Part shown: positions 49,569 through 62,098 of the stretch, piece by piece | Position numbering within the stretch: position 1 is the first letter of the stretch | Layout of the letters: every line of letters begins with the position of its first letter | NCBI GenBank assembly: GCA_039028615.1 | Contig: JBCCHT010000048.1 | Coordinates: 1-64,000, forward strand | Source of the DNA: Myxococcota bacterium | Lineage (GTDB): Bacteria > Myxococcota_A > Polyangia > Nannocystales > Nannocystaceae | Length of the DNA: 64,000 bases | Reading direction: 5' to 3' | Notes under the pieces: generated by a model | Told to the model about the DNA's origin: nothing | Seen by the model: the letters and a program-made list of their open reading frames with translations, nothing else | The model's database searches: none | Translations under genes and position numbers: made by a program

Positions 49569-50255
49569 TCAGAATTCGAGGACGACCCAAACGTCACCCT
49601 CGCGCTCGAGGCGAGCGACGTGGCCCTGGCCCATATCGAGCGCCGCTTCGTCCGCATCCGCGTGGATCGGGTCGGCCAAATGCTGGGCGAGACGGTCTCG
49701 AGCGGCGACGAGAGCCTCGCCATGCTCCCCTTCCGTCCACGCTTTTTGGAGATCTTCTTTCGAAAGTCCGAGTCGATATCGTCGGGGAGCGAGCTCCAAA
49801 ACCACGTCCCACCGGCCCATGCGGGTCGCCCGCACCAACGCACGCAGCGCCTGCCTTGGGGTTCGGTGCGCATAAACGTCGGTGGGATCTTCGGCGAAGC
49901 GCCATCCCTGCTCGGTCCAGACCGCCCGCACGGGATGCTCTGGACCCAAGAAGATGATCGCCTCGGGGCGGATTTCCTCGGGATCTTCGAGTGCCTTGGA
50001 CCAGCTGCGTCGCGCGGTGCCGTTGAGCATCGCCTGCACGTCGACGTGGTTGCGGGTGCCCGTGACCAGGTGCGTTCGGATCTCCGCCGCATCGTCGCGG
50101 GCCACCGCGCGACCGAGGTCATGCGACGCGCGGTCGAGCTCACGAACCTGACGAGGAGCACACGCGCCCAGGCTCAGCGCCGCGAAGCCCAAGCCCAGAG
50201 CCGAACACGGCCGGGCATGCCGACGACGATGGGGGATCGATGCGGGGCGTCTCAT
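49569..50255 (-). CDS. Hypothetical lipoprotein
   Basis: Lipobox LGAC; downstream of the skp pair. Confidence 0.7.
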   Translation of the reverse strand: MRRPASIPHRRRHARPCSALGLGFAALSLGACAPRQVRELDRASHDLGRAVARDDAAEIRTHLVTGTRNHVDVQAMLNGTARRSWSKALEDPEEIRPEAIIFLGPEHPVRAVWTEQGWRFAEDPTDVYAHRTPRQALRALVRATRMGRWDVVLELAPRRYRLGLSKEDLQKAWTEGEHGEALVAARDRLAQHLADPIHADADEAALDMGQGHVARLEREGDVWVVLEF

Positions 50256-50323
50256 GTGCGACGGGGCCGGCCCAGCATAACAGCCGGAACCCGCCCCGTG
50301 GATGGTGGACGTGGAAGGCAGCC

Positions 50324-50875
50324 CTACTTGGGGTGCTTCTTGTCGTAGGCCTTGATCACCTGCACGGTGATGTCGAAGCCGTCCTTGGCGAAGATGACGG
50401 TCATCGGGTCGCGCACGAGCACGAGGTCCATGCCCTGCTCCTTGGCCATCTCGGCCACGATGACCTGCGAGTTCGCGTACATCTTCTCGAGCAGCTTGTT
50501 GTGCTGATCGCCGAGGTCCTGCTCCATGGCCATGAGGAAGTTCTGCAGCTCGATGGACTCGCGCTGGAGCTTCTCTTGGGCCTCGGCGAGCTGCTGGCCG
50601 CTCAGCGAGCCCAGCTTGGCGGCCTCGGCCTCGAGCGCGGCCCGCTTCTTGTCGAACTTGGCCTGCTTGGTCTTGCTGCTCTTTTCGAGCTTGGTGCGAG
50701 CGGCCTTGCCCGCCTTGGTCTCGTTGAGCACCCGCTGCATGTCGACCATGGCGATCTTCTTGACCTTGGGCACCTCGGCCGAGGCCGGGGTCGCGGTCAG
50801 GGTGGTGACGAGCGGAGCCCCCACGAGCATCAGCCCGGCGAGCGCAGTACGAAAGTGGCGATTGAACGTGGACAT
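50324..50875 (-). CDS. skp: OmpH/Skp chaperone, copy 2
   Basis: Signal peptide, KIAMVDMQRVL..KAGK, coiled coil and DITVQVIKAYD. Confidence 0.9.
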   Translation of the reverse strand: MSTFNRHFRTALAGLMLVGAPLVTTLTATPASAEVPKVKKIAMVDMQRVLNETKAGKAARTKLEKSSKTKQAKFDKKRAALEAEAAKLGSLSGQQLAEAQEKLQRESIELQNFLMAMEQDLGDQHNKLLEKMYANSQVIVAEMAKEQGMDLVLVRDPMTVIFAKDGFDITVQVIKAYDKKHPK

Positions 50876-50883
50876 CAGGGCGC

Positions 50884-51429
50884 TCACTTGTGCTTCTTGT
50901 CGTAGCGGACGATGACGCGGTTGGTGAGGTCGAGCTTGGGGCTGGCCCACAGCACGGTCATCTCGGAGCGGACGAGGACGACCTCGATCTTCTCTTCGAG
51001 AGCCATCTGCTCGACGATCTCGGAGACGCGTCCGTAGATCTTCTCGGTGAGGAGCGCTTCCTTCTCCATCACCTCTTGTTGGAGCTTGGCCCCGAGCTCT
51101 TCGAGCTCGGCTTGGGCCTGCTGCAGTTCCATACCGCGCTTTTGCAGCTCGGCCTGCGACAGCATCGGCGCCTTGGCTTGCAGATCCGCGAGCCGCTTCT
51201 GCAGGTCCTTGGCCTTGCGATCGATGCGGGCCTGGCCGCGGGCGAAGGTCTTCTCCAGCTCCTTCTTGGCCCGCTTGCCTTCCTTCGTCTCCATGATGCA
51301 GCGCTGCACCTCGACGATGGCCAGGCGCTCGAGGCCGGGCACGGGTGCGGCCTCGGCTGTCGCCGGGGGTGACACGATCGCCGTCAGCACGCAGGCGCTG
51401 AGGGCTAGGCGGAGCACGGTACGAAGCAT
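50884..51429 (-). CDS. skp: OmpH/Skp chaperone, copy 1
   Basis: Signal peptide, LAIVEVQRCI..KEGK and DLTNRVIVRYD. Confidence 0.9.
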   Translation of the reverse strand: MLRTVLRLALSACVLTAIVSPPATAEAAPVPGLERLAIVEVQRCIMETKEGKRAKKELEKTFARGQARIDRKAKDLQKRLADLQAKAPMLSQAELQKRGMELQQAQAELEELGAKLQQEVMEKEALLTEKIYGRVSEIVEQMALEEKIEVVLVRSEMTVLWASPKLDLTNRVIVRYDKKHK

Positions 51430-51733
51430 GTCGGCGGAACCTTATCGGCGGCCCTACGGGGCGGCAAGCTCGGGGTCAGACGATGCGGGTGCCCAGGCCA
51501 TTCAGCCGGCCTTCAGCCACGTGCGCATCGTCGCATCCCAACGGACGAGGGCCCGTCGGCCTTGCACCGAGGGCCGCTTTGTACCAGTCGGCGCCGTGGT
51601 CGGTCGGCGCGATGCGCTCGCGAGGTGTCGCGCAATGCCCCGCTGGAGCCAGGATCTGGCCGCACGTCCGGGCTTCCCGCCCGGGTGAGCACGGCGGGAA
51701 ATCCGGCTGCCGAGTCCCTTCGGCGGGCCTCGA

Positions 51734-54397
<2,664 letters not shown>

Positions 54398-55279
54398 CGT
54401 CCTCCTTGACCCGAGCCCCGGTGGAGTCCCCGATGAGGTGTCCGTCCGCCATGCGGATGACCCGCGGGAAACGGTGTGCCAGGTCGAGGTTGTGGGTCAC
54501 CACCAGCATCGTGATCCCCTGCTCTTCGTTGAGGCGGAAGAGCAAGGCGTGGACCTCGTCGCTGGTGCTTGTGTCGAGATTTCCGGTGGGTTCGTCCGCG
54601 AGCAAGAGCTTGGGTCGCATGACGAGCGCGCGGGCGATGGCCACTCGCTGCTGCTCGCCCCCGGAAAGCTCGCCGGGACGGTGCTTGAGTCGATGAGCCA
54701 TGCCCACCGCCTCGAGCATCTCTTCGGCGCGCTCGCGGGCGGTGCTCTGCGGCACCCGACCGATCATCGCCGGCATCATCACGTTCTCCAGCGCGGAGAA
54801 CTCGGGCAGCAGATGATGGAACTGGAACACGAAGCCGATGGACTCGTTACGGAAGCGAGCCAGCTGCGGCGGCGGGAGCTGAACGATGTCGAGGTCGTCG
54901 AAACGAATCTCGCCGTCGGTCGGCAGATCGAGTGTGCCCAGGCAGTGCAGCAGGGTCGACTTGCCCGCACCCGAGGCCCCAATGATGGCGACCATCTCTC
55001 CGCGGTGCAGATCGAGGTCGACGCTATCGAGCACACGCAGGGCACGGGACCCCTGAGAGAACTCCTTGGTCATCTCCCGCACCCGTACGAGGACGGGTCC
55101 GGCTTCGGCGCTCGGGGCCATGAGGGCGCGACCCTAAAATGGGCCCGATGGGGTGTCAACGCGCCGCGGGAGGGCTCGTGATGCGTCGCCGCACCCGCGG
55201 GCCACGACGGCGAAGCCGTCCCGAGCGCCTTGCCAGGGCCCCAGGACGGGTGGCAGGGCCCCCCGTCTCGGCGCGGGTC

Positions 55280-57325
55280 TCACTCGGCCTGGCGCAAGCC
55301 GTCGACCGGGCGGAGGCGTGAGGCCACGAGGGCGGGGTACAGGCTCGAGAAGCACACGATCACCAGGGCCGCCCCGCCCACCAGCGCGACTTCCACCGGA
55401 TTGACCACCACGGGCAGCTTCTCGATGTAATAGACGTTCTCGTTCAGCGGCAGGCCGAAGCGATCGAGGGCCCAACATAGGCCCAGGCCCATCCCGATGC
55501 CGCCAAAGCTGCCCAGGATGCCCACGCACAGGCCTTCGGCGATGAAGACCCGCAAGATCCCGGCATCGCGGGTGCCCATGGCCTTGAGAATGGCGATCTC
55601 CTTGGCCTTCTCCATCACGCTCATGAGGTTGGAGGCCAAGATTCCGAACGAGGCCACCAGCACCACGAACAAAAGCGCGATGAACATCGCCACCTTCTCC
55701 AGGAACATGGCGGAGAACAGGTTGCGGTTGAGGTCGCGCCAGTCTTCGACGAGCAGCTCCTCGCCGCGGCCGGTCCCGGCGACGGCGGCCACCACCGCGG
55801 CCTTGCCCGCATCGACCTTCTCGACGTCGTCGAGCTTGACCTCGATGCCGCTGACGCGATCGCCCACGAGCAAGAAGCGCTGCACCAGGGGCAGCGGCGC
55901 GTAGACGTTCTTGCGGTCGTACTCGTACATGCCCGAGAAGAACACGCCGCCGACCTTGGTCCACAGCTGACCGGGGATGCGCCCCACCGGGGTCAGTCGT
56001 CCCACCGGGGTGATGAGCTGGATGCGGGAGCCCACGCGCACGGACAGCTCGCTGGACAGCTCGCGACCGATGAGCACGGGCGGGAGGATTTCCTTTTCCG
56101 CCTCGTCCTCGTCCTCGTCGGCGCCATCGCCCGACGCATCGGGCTCATCCTCGTCGCCGTCGGCCGGGTCGTCCTCATCGAGCGAGGGATCGCGCGGCGG
56201 GAGCTTGCCCTCGGCGCGCAGCTTGGGGATCTCGACGGCCGGGTCCTCCCAGCCTTCTTCGGCCCACTCGTCGTCCCCGTCGTCGCCCGTGTCCTCGGGG
56301 TCGTCATCCGCATCACCCTGCGGCAGCTCGGGGGCGGGCGGCAGGACGCCTTGGGCCCGAAGCTTGGGGATCTCGACCGCGGGGTCTTCCCAGCCGCCGT
56401 CGTCCTCGTCGTCTTCGGGGGGACCGGGCAGCTTGGGCGGCGCCTTGCGCATCTTGGGCAGCGCGGACAGGGGGTCGCTGTCGGGCAGCTTGACCCGCTT
56501 GCCCGGATCGGTGGCCCCGCCTTTGCCCTTGCCGTCCTTGGTCGTGCCCTTGCCCTTCCCTTTGCCTTTGCCCTTGTCGAGGTGACGGGTCCGCCAAGGC
56601 TTGCTGTCGATCAACGCCAGGGGATCGGGCTCGGGGATGGAGGCGGGATCGTCGAGGTACGCGAAGTCCCCTTCTCGCACCAGCGACGGCAGGTTGGTCA
56701 CCGTTTTGTGCCGCTCGGAGAGGATGCCGTGGAGGATGGCGCCCTGACGGTTGAGACCGCTGCGCACCATGATCTCGCCCTCGAGGTAGGGGCTGGCCCC
56801 CGCCACGCCGGGCGCGGCCGCGACCGCTTCGGTCAGCGACAGGTAGTCGTCGAAGGGCCGACCGTCGGCCCGCGCCACCCGAATGTGGGCCTTCTGGTTG
56901 AGGATCTTGTCGCGCAAGTCCCCCTCGAGCCCGCTCATGAGGCTGAGCACCACGACCAACGCCATGCAGCCCAACAACACCGACATGGTGATGATGGTGG
57001 GCAGCAAATTGAAGAAGAACGACAGCAGCCCGAAGATGAGCGCCATCAACCCGATGAGCAGCGTGAGGCCGCCGAAGGCCCCGTAGTACTGCTGCATGGG
57101 CGTGGGGCCGACCTCGGTGCCCGGCACCTCCAAGGGTCCCAGGGCCTCGGGCGCGACGGTGGCCGCGTCGAGCACCGACGCGTACCAGATCATCCCCCCG
57201 CCGACCGCGATCAAGTAGACCGCGCCGATGAGCAACGGCCACACCCAGACCGGGCGCTCGTCTCCCATTCGCAGGTGACGCCACGCGATGATCCAGTCGA
57301 GGCGGGAGAACAACAGGCCGTTCAT
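55280..57325 (-). CDS. lolE: Lipoprotein-releasing ABC permease LolC/E with insertions
   Basis: ALVVVLSLMSG, SGMYEYD, DWRDLNRNLF, EKAKEIAILKAMG and LYPA. Adjacent to lolD. Confidence 0.88.
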   Translation of the reverse strand: MNGLLFSRLDWIIAWRHLRMGDERPVWVWPLLIGAVYLIAVGGGMIWYASVLDAATVAPEALGPLEVPGTEVGPTPMQQYYGAFGGLTLLIGLMALIFGLLSFFFNLLPTIITMSVLLGCMALVVVLSLMSGLEGDLRDKILNQKAHIRVARADGRPFDDYLSLTEAVAAAPGVAGASPYLEGEIMVRSGLNRQGAILHGILSERHKTVTNLPSLVREGDFAYLDDPASIPEPDPLALIDSKPWRTRHLDKGKGKGKGKGTTKDGKGKGGATDPGKRVKLPDSDPLSALPKMRKAPPKLPGPPEDDEDDGGWEDPAVEIPKLRAQGVLPPAPELPQGDADDDPEDTGDDGDDEWAEEGWEDPAVEIPKLRAEGKLPPRDPSLDEDDPADGDEDEPDASGDGADEDEDEAEKEILPPVLIGRELSSELSVRVGSRIQLITPVGRLTPVGRIPGQLWTKVGGVFFSGMYEYDRKNVYAPLPLVQRFLLVGDRVSGIEVKLDDVEKVDAGKAAVVAAVAGTGRGEELLVEDWRDLNRNLFSAMFLEKVAMFIALLFVVLVASFGILASNLMSVMEKAKEIAILKAMGTRDAGILRVFIAEGLCVGILGSFGGIGMGLGLCWALDRFGLPLNENVYYIEKLPVVVNPVEVALVGGAALVIVCFSSLYPALVASRLRPVDGLRQAE

Positions 57326-57349
57326 CGGGGGTCCTAAGGCGGGGTCGGT

Positions 57350-58523
57350 TTAGGCGTCGTCTTCGACACCGGGCGTGGCGCCCTTGCCCTGGGCGAGCAG
57401 GAAGGCCTCGATGAAGGATTGGATGTCGCCGTCCAGCACGCCATTGACGTTGCTGACCTTGAGCGAAGTGCGGTGGTCGTTGACCTGCTGGTACGGGTGC
57501 AGCACATACGAACGGATCTGCGAGCCCCACTCGATGGATTTCTTCTCGCCCTGCAGGGCGTCCATCTTGGCCTGGCGCTTCTCCTCGGCGAGCGCCCACA
57601 GCCGCGCCTTGAGCATGCGCATCGCGGTGGCGCGGTTCTTGTGCTGCGACCGCTCGGCCTGGCACGCGACCACGATGCCCGTCTCGAGGTGGGTCAGGCG
57701 CACGGCGGAGTCCGTCTTGTTGACGTGCTGACCGCCCTTGCCCGAGGCGCGGTAGGTGTCCTCGCGCAGGTCGGAGTCGCGGACCTCGATCTCGATCTCC
57801 TCTTCGCCGAAGTCCGGGATGACCATCATGCTGACGAAGCTGGTCTGGCGCCGGGCCTGGGCGTCGAAGGGGGAGATACGCACCAAGCGGTGCACCCCGA
57901 TCTCCGAGCGCAAGTAGCCGTAGGCGTACTCGCCGTCGATCGAGATTTCGGCGCTGCGAATGCCCGCCTGCTCGGCCTCTTGCACGTCGAGGATCTTGAC
58001 CCCGAAGCCGTTGCGCTCGCCCCAGCGGACGTACAGGCGCAGCAGCATCTCGGCCCAGTCTTGCGAGTCGACCCCGCCCGCCCCGGCGTTGAGGCTGATG
58101 ATGGCGTTGCGAGCGTCGTGCTCCCCGGACAGCATGCGGCGGAACTCGAGCCGGCCGATCTGCTGCTCGGCGGCCTCCAGCTGCTGCCACGCCTCGATGA
58201 TGCTGTCCTCGTCGGACTCCTCGCGCGCCATCTCGTACAGCTCGCGACCGTCGTCGAAGCTCGAGGCGGCGCCGTCGATGGTCTCGAGCAGCTTCTTGAT
58301 GGTGGCCTGCTCGCGCACGACCGACTGTGCCCGCTCGGCGTCGTCCCAGAAGCCGGGCTCGGCCGTCTGGGCGTCGAGCTCCTCTAGCGTCTCTTTACGT
58401 CGATCGTAGTCAAAGATGCCTCCGCAATTCGCCGATGCGAGCGCTGAGGTCGGACACACGGTCCATCACCTTGGCGTGCTCGGGCAAAACCGGGGCGGAA
58501 TTTTCGGAGGTGTTCTCGGACAT
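57350..58523 (-). CDS. prfB: Peptide chain release factor 2 with a programmed +1 frameshift (58523..58413 joined to 58411..57350)
   Basis: SPF and GGQ motifs; GGAGG-CAT-CTT-TGA-C shift site. Confidence 0.96.
58409..58423 (-). other. prfB +1 ribosomal frameshift signal
   Basis: Internal SD GGAGG, 3-nt spacer, then CTTTGAC. Confidence 0.95.
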
Positions 58524-58546
58524 GGGAGTTGCCGATACCGAAGGGT

Positions 58547-59935
58547 CTAGACCTCGATGAGCCGCAGCTGGCGGGGCTTGGGCTCGACGTCGATGGACAC
58601 CGGGTAGTCCCCGGTGAAGCACGCGTCGCAGAAGGTCTTGGTGGAATCGGCCTGCACGGCGGCGCGCAGGCCTTCGGGGCTGAGATACCCCAGGGAGTCG
58701 GCTTCGATCGCGTCCCGAATCTGGTCGACGGTCTGGGTCGACGCGGCCAGCTCGGCCCGGGTCGGGGTGTCGATGCCGTAGTAGCAGGAGCCATTGACGG
58801 GCGGCGACGAGATCCGCACGTGGACCTCGGCCGCGCCGGCCTGCCGGATGAGGCGGACGATCTTGCGCGAGGTGGTGCCCCGCACCAGGGAGTCGTCGAC
58901 GACGACGACCCGCTTGCCACGCAGAAGGTGCGGCACCGCGTTGAGCTTGAGCCGCACGCCGAAGTGGCGGATGGAGTCGGAGGGCTCGATGAAGGTCCGC
59001 CCCACGTAGTGGTTGCGGATGAGGCCCATCTCGAAGGGAATCTTGCTCTGCTGAGCGTAGCCCAGGGCCGCGACCACGCCCGAGTCGGGCACGGGGATGA
59101 CCGCGTCGGCCTCGATGGGGTGCTGAATGGCCAGCTGCTTGCCCATGGCCACGCGGGCCTCGTAGACCGAGTCGCCGTCGAGCACCGAGTCGGGCCGCGA
59201 GAAGTACACGTGCTCGAACACGCACGCGCGACGGGGCGCGGTGGTCATGCGGGTCGAGGTGACGCCGTCGCTGTCGATGACGAGGATCTCGCCCGGCTCG
59301 ACGTCGCGGACGCGCTCGGCTTCGAGCAGGTCGAAGGCGCAGGTCTCGGAGGCCACGACCCAGGCGTCGGGGTGGCTCTTGAGCTTGCCGAGCACCAGCG
59401 GGCGGAAGCCGTGGGGGTCGCGGACGGCGATGAGCTTGTCCTCGGTGGTCAGCACCAGGCTGAACGCGCCTCGGATCTGGCCCAGAGCATCCGCCAGCTG
59501 GCCGACCAGGCCCTTGGCCTGGCTGCGCGCCATGAGCTGGAGGATGACCTCGGTATCGCTCTGCGAGGCGAAGATCGCCCCGTCGGACTCGAGCTGCTCG
59601 CGCAACGGGTCTTCGTTGACGAGGTTGCCGTTGTGCGCGACGGCGAAGGCCCCCGCCTTGGTGTGCGCCCACAGGGGCTGGATGTTCTTGGCGATCGACC
59701 CGCCCGAGGTCGTGTAGCGCACGTGCCCGATGGCGATGTCGCCCGGCAGCTGCGACAACACCTCGCGGGTGAAGATCTTGCGGACCTGGCCCATGGCCCG
59801 GAACGCGTGGAGGATGCCCCCTTGGTTCGACACGACCCCGGCCGACTCCTGCCCCCGATGTTGGAGAGCGTGAAGCCCCAGGTAGCTGAGGTTGGCCGCC
59901 TCAGGATGCCGCCAGATACCGAAAACACCGCACAT
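58547..59935 (-). CDS. purF: Amidophosphoribosyltransferase
   Basis: MCGVFG, LQHRGQESAG, GHVRY, VVVDDSLVRGTT and Fe-S Cys motif (FCDACF). Confidence 0.97.
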   Translation of the reverse strand: MCGVFGIWRHPEAANLSYLGLHALQHRGQESAGVVSNQGGILHAFRAMGQVRKIFTREVLSQLPGDIAIGHVRYTTSGGSIAKNIQPLWAHTKAGAFAVAHNGNLVNEDPLREQLESDGAIFASQSDTEVILQLMARSQAKGLVGQLADALGQIRGAFSLVLTTEDKLIAVRDPHGFRPLVLGKLKSHPDAWVVASETCAFDLLEAERVRDVEPGEILVIDSDGVTSTRMTTAPRRACVFEHVYFSRPDSVLDGDSVYEARVAMGKQLAIQHPIEADAVIPVPDSGVVAALGYAQQSKIPFEMGLIRNHYVGRTFIEPSDSIRHFGVRLKLNAVPHLLRGKRVVVVDDSLVRGTTSRKIVRLIRQAGAAEVHVRISSPPVNGSCYYGIDTPTRAELAASTQTVDQIRDAIEADSLGYLSPEGLRAAVQADSTKTFCDACFTGDYPVSIDVEPKPRQLRLIEV

Positions 59936-60022
59936 GGCCGTTACGAAGCGCTCCGTTGCTAGCACGTTTGCCCAACCAGCGGCAGCCCCGGGCATCACCC
60001 GACCGGGGCTCCACTGGCGTGG

Positions 60023-60382
60023 CTAGACCAACATCTTGGCCACGGTCTGCAATGCGGTCAGCGCAAAAGCCGCCCACATGACGCTTCGGGAGCGCTCGAA
60101 GGCCACCCCGTCGACCAGCCTCGCCGTCAGCGCCAGGAGGATCATGTTGACCAGCGCCTGAACCGCGAAGACCCCGACGGGCCCCGTGATCACGACCGGC
60201 AACAAAAAGACCAGGGTGAGCAGAGCCACGAGCAGCTTGCCCAGCAGCGCCGACAAGATCCCGCAGACGAAGCCGGCCTTGAGCGCACCGCTCATGCCTC
60301 CGACTCGAACGCCGCGAACCATCGCGGGCAGCAGCAGGAGACCAAGAGCAAAACCGAGGACGGAGGCGATGAACGAACCCAT
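60023..60382 (-). CDS. 4-TM membrane protein (YvlD/phage holin superfamily IV-like)
   Basis: Four hydrophobic segments and a LPVVITG..F.V..LVN pattern. Confidence 0.7.
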   Translation of the reverse strand: MGSFIASVLGFALGLLLLPAMVRGVRVGGMSGALKAGFVCGILSALLGKLLVALLTLVFLLPVVITGPVGVFAVQALVNMILLALTARLVDGVAFERSRSVMWAAFALTALQTVAKMLV

Positions 60383-60455
60383 GGGCGCTTCTCCCGATGT
60401 GGCCCGTCGCCGCGCCTTGCGCGGTGCGAGCCCTTCGAACTATCAACTCTAGCGC

Positions 60456-60992
60456 ATGACGACCCTACGTCCGACCCTGCCGTGGGGAATCCTCCTCGGG
60501 CTGCTGTGCGCGTGTCATCCCGTGCACCCCGAGCGCTCCGTCGAGGGGATTCCGCAGGCGTGCTGTTCCGTCGCCGACCCGAAGCTCGAGAAGTTCGAGG
60601 GCTGCCGGATCCCGCGACGCAGCTGCCGTAGCAAGAAGGGCGAGAAGTTCTGGATGCGCGGCGCGGTGTCGTGCGGCCCCGTCGACCCGGACAACTGCAC
60701 GGGCGGTCGCTGCTGCACCTACGCCCCGCAGTACGACGGCGACCTCAGCGAGCCCATCGAGAACTGGGCGCCGCCGGGACACACCACGCCGACCAACAAC
60801 GTCACCGATCCCAACGCCGAGCCGCAGCACGACATCCCGCCGCCGGATGCGAAGCCCGAGGCCGCGCCCGCCGACGCCCCGGCCGCGGCCGAGGCTCCAG
60901 CCGCGACCGAGACTCCAGCCGCGACCGAGACTCCAGCCGCCAAAGAAGCACCCGCGGCCGCCGACGCGCCCGAAGCCACGCCCGGTAGCTGA
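60456..60992 (+). CDS. Cys-rich lipoprotein with a (PAATET)n tail
   Basis: Lipobox LCAC, CC..C..C..C..C..CC core and 18-bp repeats near 60895-60940. Confidence 0.7.
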   Translation: MTTLRPTLPWGILLGLLCACHPVHPERSVEGIPQACCSVADPKLEKFEGCRIPRRSCRSKKGEKFWMRGAVSCGPVDPDNCTGGRCCTYAPQYDGDLSEPIENWAPPGHTTPTNNVTDPNAEPQHDIPPPDAKPEAAPADAPAAAEAPAATETPAATETPAAKEAPAAADAPEATPGS

Positions 60993-61007
60993 GCGTCCCT
61001 TCGAAAC

Positions 61008-61050
61008 AAAAACCGCCGCCCCCGACGACGTGTCGGAGCGGCGGTTTCTT
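61008..61050. terminator. Bidirectional intrinsic terminator
   Basis: AAACCGCCGC..CCGAC/GTCGG..GCGGCGGTTT. Confidence 0.8.
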
Positions 61051-61071
61051 CGTGGCGTAGGCGCGCCCGAG

Positions 61072-62046
61072 TCAGGCGCCGAGGTGGTCGCGCAGGCGCT
61101 CGACCGGCGGCCGCGTGTCGGGCACGAACTCGGTGCCCGTGATCTGCTCGAACGCCTCGATGTAGCGCCGCGCCGCCTCCATGCGAATCTCGTCGGGCAG
61201 CACGGGCGGGGTGCCGTCACCGGTGAAGCCCTGGTCCACCAGCCAGCGGCGCACGTACTCCTTGTCGATGGAGCGCGGGTTCTCGCCGTCGCTCATCGCC
61301 TTCTCGTAGGTGTCGGCGTACCAGTAGCGCGAGCTGTCGGGGGTGTGAATCTCGTCGATGAGCACGATCTGGCCGTCGGAGGTCTTGCCCAGCTCGTACT
61401 TGGTGTCGACCAGGATCATCCCGCGCTCGGCCGCACGCCGTTGCCCCAGCTCGAACAGCGCCAGCGCCTTTTCCTCGAGTTCGTTGAACAGCTCGGGCTC
61501 GATGAGGCCGCGCTCGAACAGCTGCTCCTTGGCCACGCTCTCGTCGTGCTGCCCCTTGGGCGCCTTGGTCGACGGCGTGACGATGTTGATGGGCAGCTTC
61601 TCGTGCCTGCGCAGCCCCTCGGGCAGCGGATGGCCGCAGAACACCCGCACGCCGCTCTCGTACGCGCGCCAGATGCTGGTGGACGAGACCCCGGTCAGGT
61701 AGCCACGCACCACCACCTCGACCGGGATGGGCTCGCACTCGACCACGTGCATCGCCTGGGCGTCCGGGACCTCGCGCATGTGGTTGGGGAACAGGTCGCC
61801 CGTGGTGGAGAACCAGTACTCGGCCATCCGGTTGAGCAGCTGCCCCTTGAACGGGATGGTCCCCAGCACGCGGTCGAAGGCCGAAACGCGGTCGGTCACC
61901 ACGATGGTGCGCCGTCCGTCGCGGGTGAAGTTCTCGCGGACCTTGCCGCTGTAGCGCGACCCGAGGCTTTCGAAGTCGTCGGGCAGGACGTCGAGGGTGT
62001 AGCCGGGGGCTACCGCGGCCCGGAGGAGTTCGTCGTCGACCGGCAT
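61072..62046 (-). CDS. purC: SAICAR synthetase
   Basis: YSGKVRE, TDRVSAFD, TPSTKA, DTKYELG, DEIHTPDSSRYW and DKEYVR. Confidence 0.97.
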   Translation of the reverse strand: MPVDDELLRAAVAPGYTLDVLPDDFESLGSRYSGKVRENFTRDGRRTIVVTDRVSAFDRVLGTIPFKGQLLNRMAEYWFSTTGDLFPNHMREVPDAQAMHVVECEPIPVEVVVRGYLTGVSSTSIWRAYESGVRVFCGHPLPEGLRRHEKLPINIVTPSTKAPKGQHDESVAKEQLFERGLIEPELFNELEEKALALFELGQRRAAERGMILVDTKYELGKTSDGQIVLIDEIHTPDSSRYWYADTYEKAMSDGENPRSIDKEYVRRWLVDQGFTGDGTPPVLPDEIRMEAARRYIEAFEQITGTEFVPDTRPPVERLRDHLGA

Positions 62047-62098
62047 CGCGCGGCAGGGTAGCCGTGCTCCGCCCGGGGATCCACGCCCGCGAGGCCTT

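Noticed and set aside
57350..58523. prfB as a frameshifted pseudogene
   Set aside because: The canonical programmed frameshift signal is present.
60023..60382. Holin-like gene as evidence of a prophage
   Set aside because: No endolysin, integrase or structural genes are nearby. This family is commonly chromosomal.
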